Assembly (NCBI GenBank): GCA_964480435.1
Contig: CAYZSS010000008.1
Location: 24,655 to 30,515, forward strand
Direction of reading: 5' to 3'
Length of the DNA stretch: 5,861 bases
Origin: an uncultured archaeon
GTDB lineage: Archaea; Iainarchaeota; Iainarchaeia; Iainarchaeales; 0-14-0-20-30-16
Part shown: positions 5,501-5,861 of the stretch, piece by piece
How positions within the stretch are numbered: the stretch's first letter is position 1
Layout of the letters: every line of letters begins with the position of its first letter
Position numbers and translations under genes: made by a program
Notes under the pieces: generated by a model
Told to the model about the DNA's origin: nothing
The model's database searches: none
Seen by the model: the letters and a program-made list of their open reading frames with translations, nothing else

Positions 5501-5861
5501 TTATTACTTACACAGCTAAATCCAGTTGCACAGTCTGCATTTGCTTCACAAGCACCACCGCCTATCGCCTGAACAATAGCGCCAGTGGCATCTGCCGCTA
5601 CACAAGCATTATCTTTACAAGTCTCGCCAGTGTTACAAGTTATGTTTCCACAAGTAGTAGCGGTTGCAGGTGGCGGAGAACCGGCAGAAGGAGCAGGTTC
5701 AGTACACTTTCCAGCAGTACAAACAAGATAAGACCCACAATCATTTTTTGTTGAGCTATTACAAGCACCACTAATCCTATCTTTATTTTTTTCTAAACAT
5801 TCTTTTTCATAACAAAACCCTGTAGTACATTCAGTATTAGTTCCACAACCAGCACCAACTA
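2566..5861 (-). CDS. Giant modular Cys-rich / glycine-zipper membrane or surface protein, 5'-partial (at least 1097 aa in window), no recognisable family
   Basis: The track ORF (2566..5376) begins at the first in-frame ATG. I translated 5377..5859 in the same frame and found no stop, giving 161 more codons that run off the window. The domain order is five 4-Cys modules, then a GxxxG-rich hydrophobic segment, then an S/G/Q/T-rich linker, then a long beta-strand-patterned region. Coding is also supported by the strong terminator downstream. Confidence 0.85.
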   Translation of the reverse strand, partial: VGAGCGTNTECTTGFCYEKECLEKNKDRISGACNSSTKNDCGSYLVCTAGKCTEPAPSAGSPPPATATTCGNITCNTGETCKDNACVAADATGAIVQAIGGGACEANADCATGFSCVSNKCTAKVETNKGTIPEGGVCEANADCAKGICTGKKCKVVGVTDMVGSGIGAAAGSVGASYLIGSLIGMDPETQGDTAKWSGILGGVGGFFGALGGPTSAMLGGAIGGAIGNLIGIASNDGDVIKKITRTVPTTIEDYIVMNPGSVPIVTAESQKKIIGGMQTGNLAGQVGSVTTVFDSTNKLVKGIGDQAIEMYPIGFEKGTMDNKLENLSLLLAYDRKDLQNLTASESYDQAGWTTQSNSLLNGQTQSGSSAFGMQTGYSGADSYGMPSSTSVIGLQASSDSMSYASATDQGKVEKKDREKLAEALKDEDIIVTEYAPMSMLFTDVKDQEKNYNIPVENCFLANGKTGATGPAAEPKVSFDWDWKSSSDYLCSNGIYCDSTQLMIEIIDRLKSANNSLGSFKPNVANNNTLFTETKDITPEYIGVSEVSLKNIGPGTNGVYALKVVLQNNSLADVNGNYVITIIDTQQTKDMNVLNGSFELTSKNGSTSEISIDELVTLYQSTYKIEVQFNNVKQGDLPFNYVTPYTSSAFAYDDSAILGLEKSTDKLIEWGLAAGADVKGISETLNFQAYMMKDGFTKDFLSDFKEYALNQTFMNTKTDVEAILSDLLPDKIEFLPKESALTASGYSLPKAGLYKVEIVIKYTGTNKIWTIFDNKGKVKDTVDSIKVYMEPIQTTNNPLYYLPLDATVGVENGELKREGYGIAFEGDTLWFNVDAGNNPVLIPTLTQKSNPQVKVIIEVKQDMETLNLNKGMVLRIASAGTQADTVLKNISYYPSVPAPIAMYIDKNSDGDAYGFYMISRDLKGPVNAGNNLINWYGYCSDDKDKYAPRTKGSDDEFSCKGLSGEDIVDLQGMPDTIGTKVDVPLGEYKANAYGLHWDEESLLLTVDTTTVFFRGLVYLPPKESAKFKLISWSDTMKILSPSNAGTEFTLMPLNKDIGTVKQIYDLVDSNYMCITNPEGGAGVEFWWNPATVFDTMK
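5424..5550 (-). repeat. Perfect 25-nt direct repeat, 102 nt (34 codons) apart, inside the Cys-rich coding region
   Basis: TTGCACAGTCTGCATTTGCTTCACA occurs at 5424..5448 and 5526..5550. On the minus strand both copies encode CEANADCA, at the start of consecutive 4-Cys modules (GGACEANADCATGFSCVSNKC and GGVCEANADCAKGICTGKKC). Confidence 0.9.

Overview
AT-rich archaeal chromosomal fragment. The archaeal origin rests on a ribosomal protein L40e gene, TATA-box promoters and an archaeal-type ScpA. Every gene I can support is on the minus strand. From right to left they are as follows. (1) A giant ORF that is 5'-truncated by the window edge. It is longer than the ORF track shows, because its frame stays open from 5376 to 5861, giving at least 1097 aa. 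It encodes five 4-Cys modules, then a double glycine-zipper hydrophobic segment, then about 860 aa with no family I recognise. (2) A hairpin plus T8 terminator. (3) A roughly 240-nt orphan spacer carrying two different pairs of direct repeats (19 nt and 18 nt, periods 32 and 33 nt), an 18-nt palindrome and a GC-clamped hairpin block. (4) A TATA box placed for a leaderless AAA+ ATPase gene of the AAA_14/DUF4143 type. (5) scpA (kleisin), overlapping or abutting the ATPase stop. (6) A 51-aa rpl40e gene absent from the ORF track, with its own TATA-like element, Shine-Dalgarno (SD) site and hairpin/T-tract terminator. The most unusual items are the architecture of the giant protein and the repeat-rich spacer, which may be a small-RNA or regulatory locus. 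I see no recognisable defence system, mobile element, tRNA/rRNA or CRISPR array. The four plus-strand track ORFs look like antisense or spurious frames.
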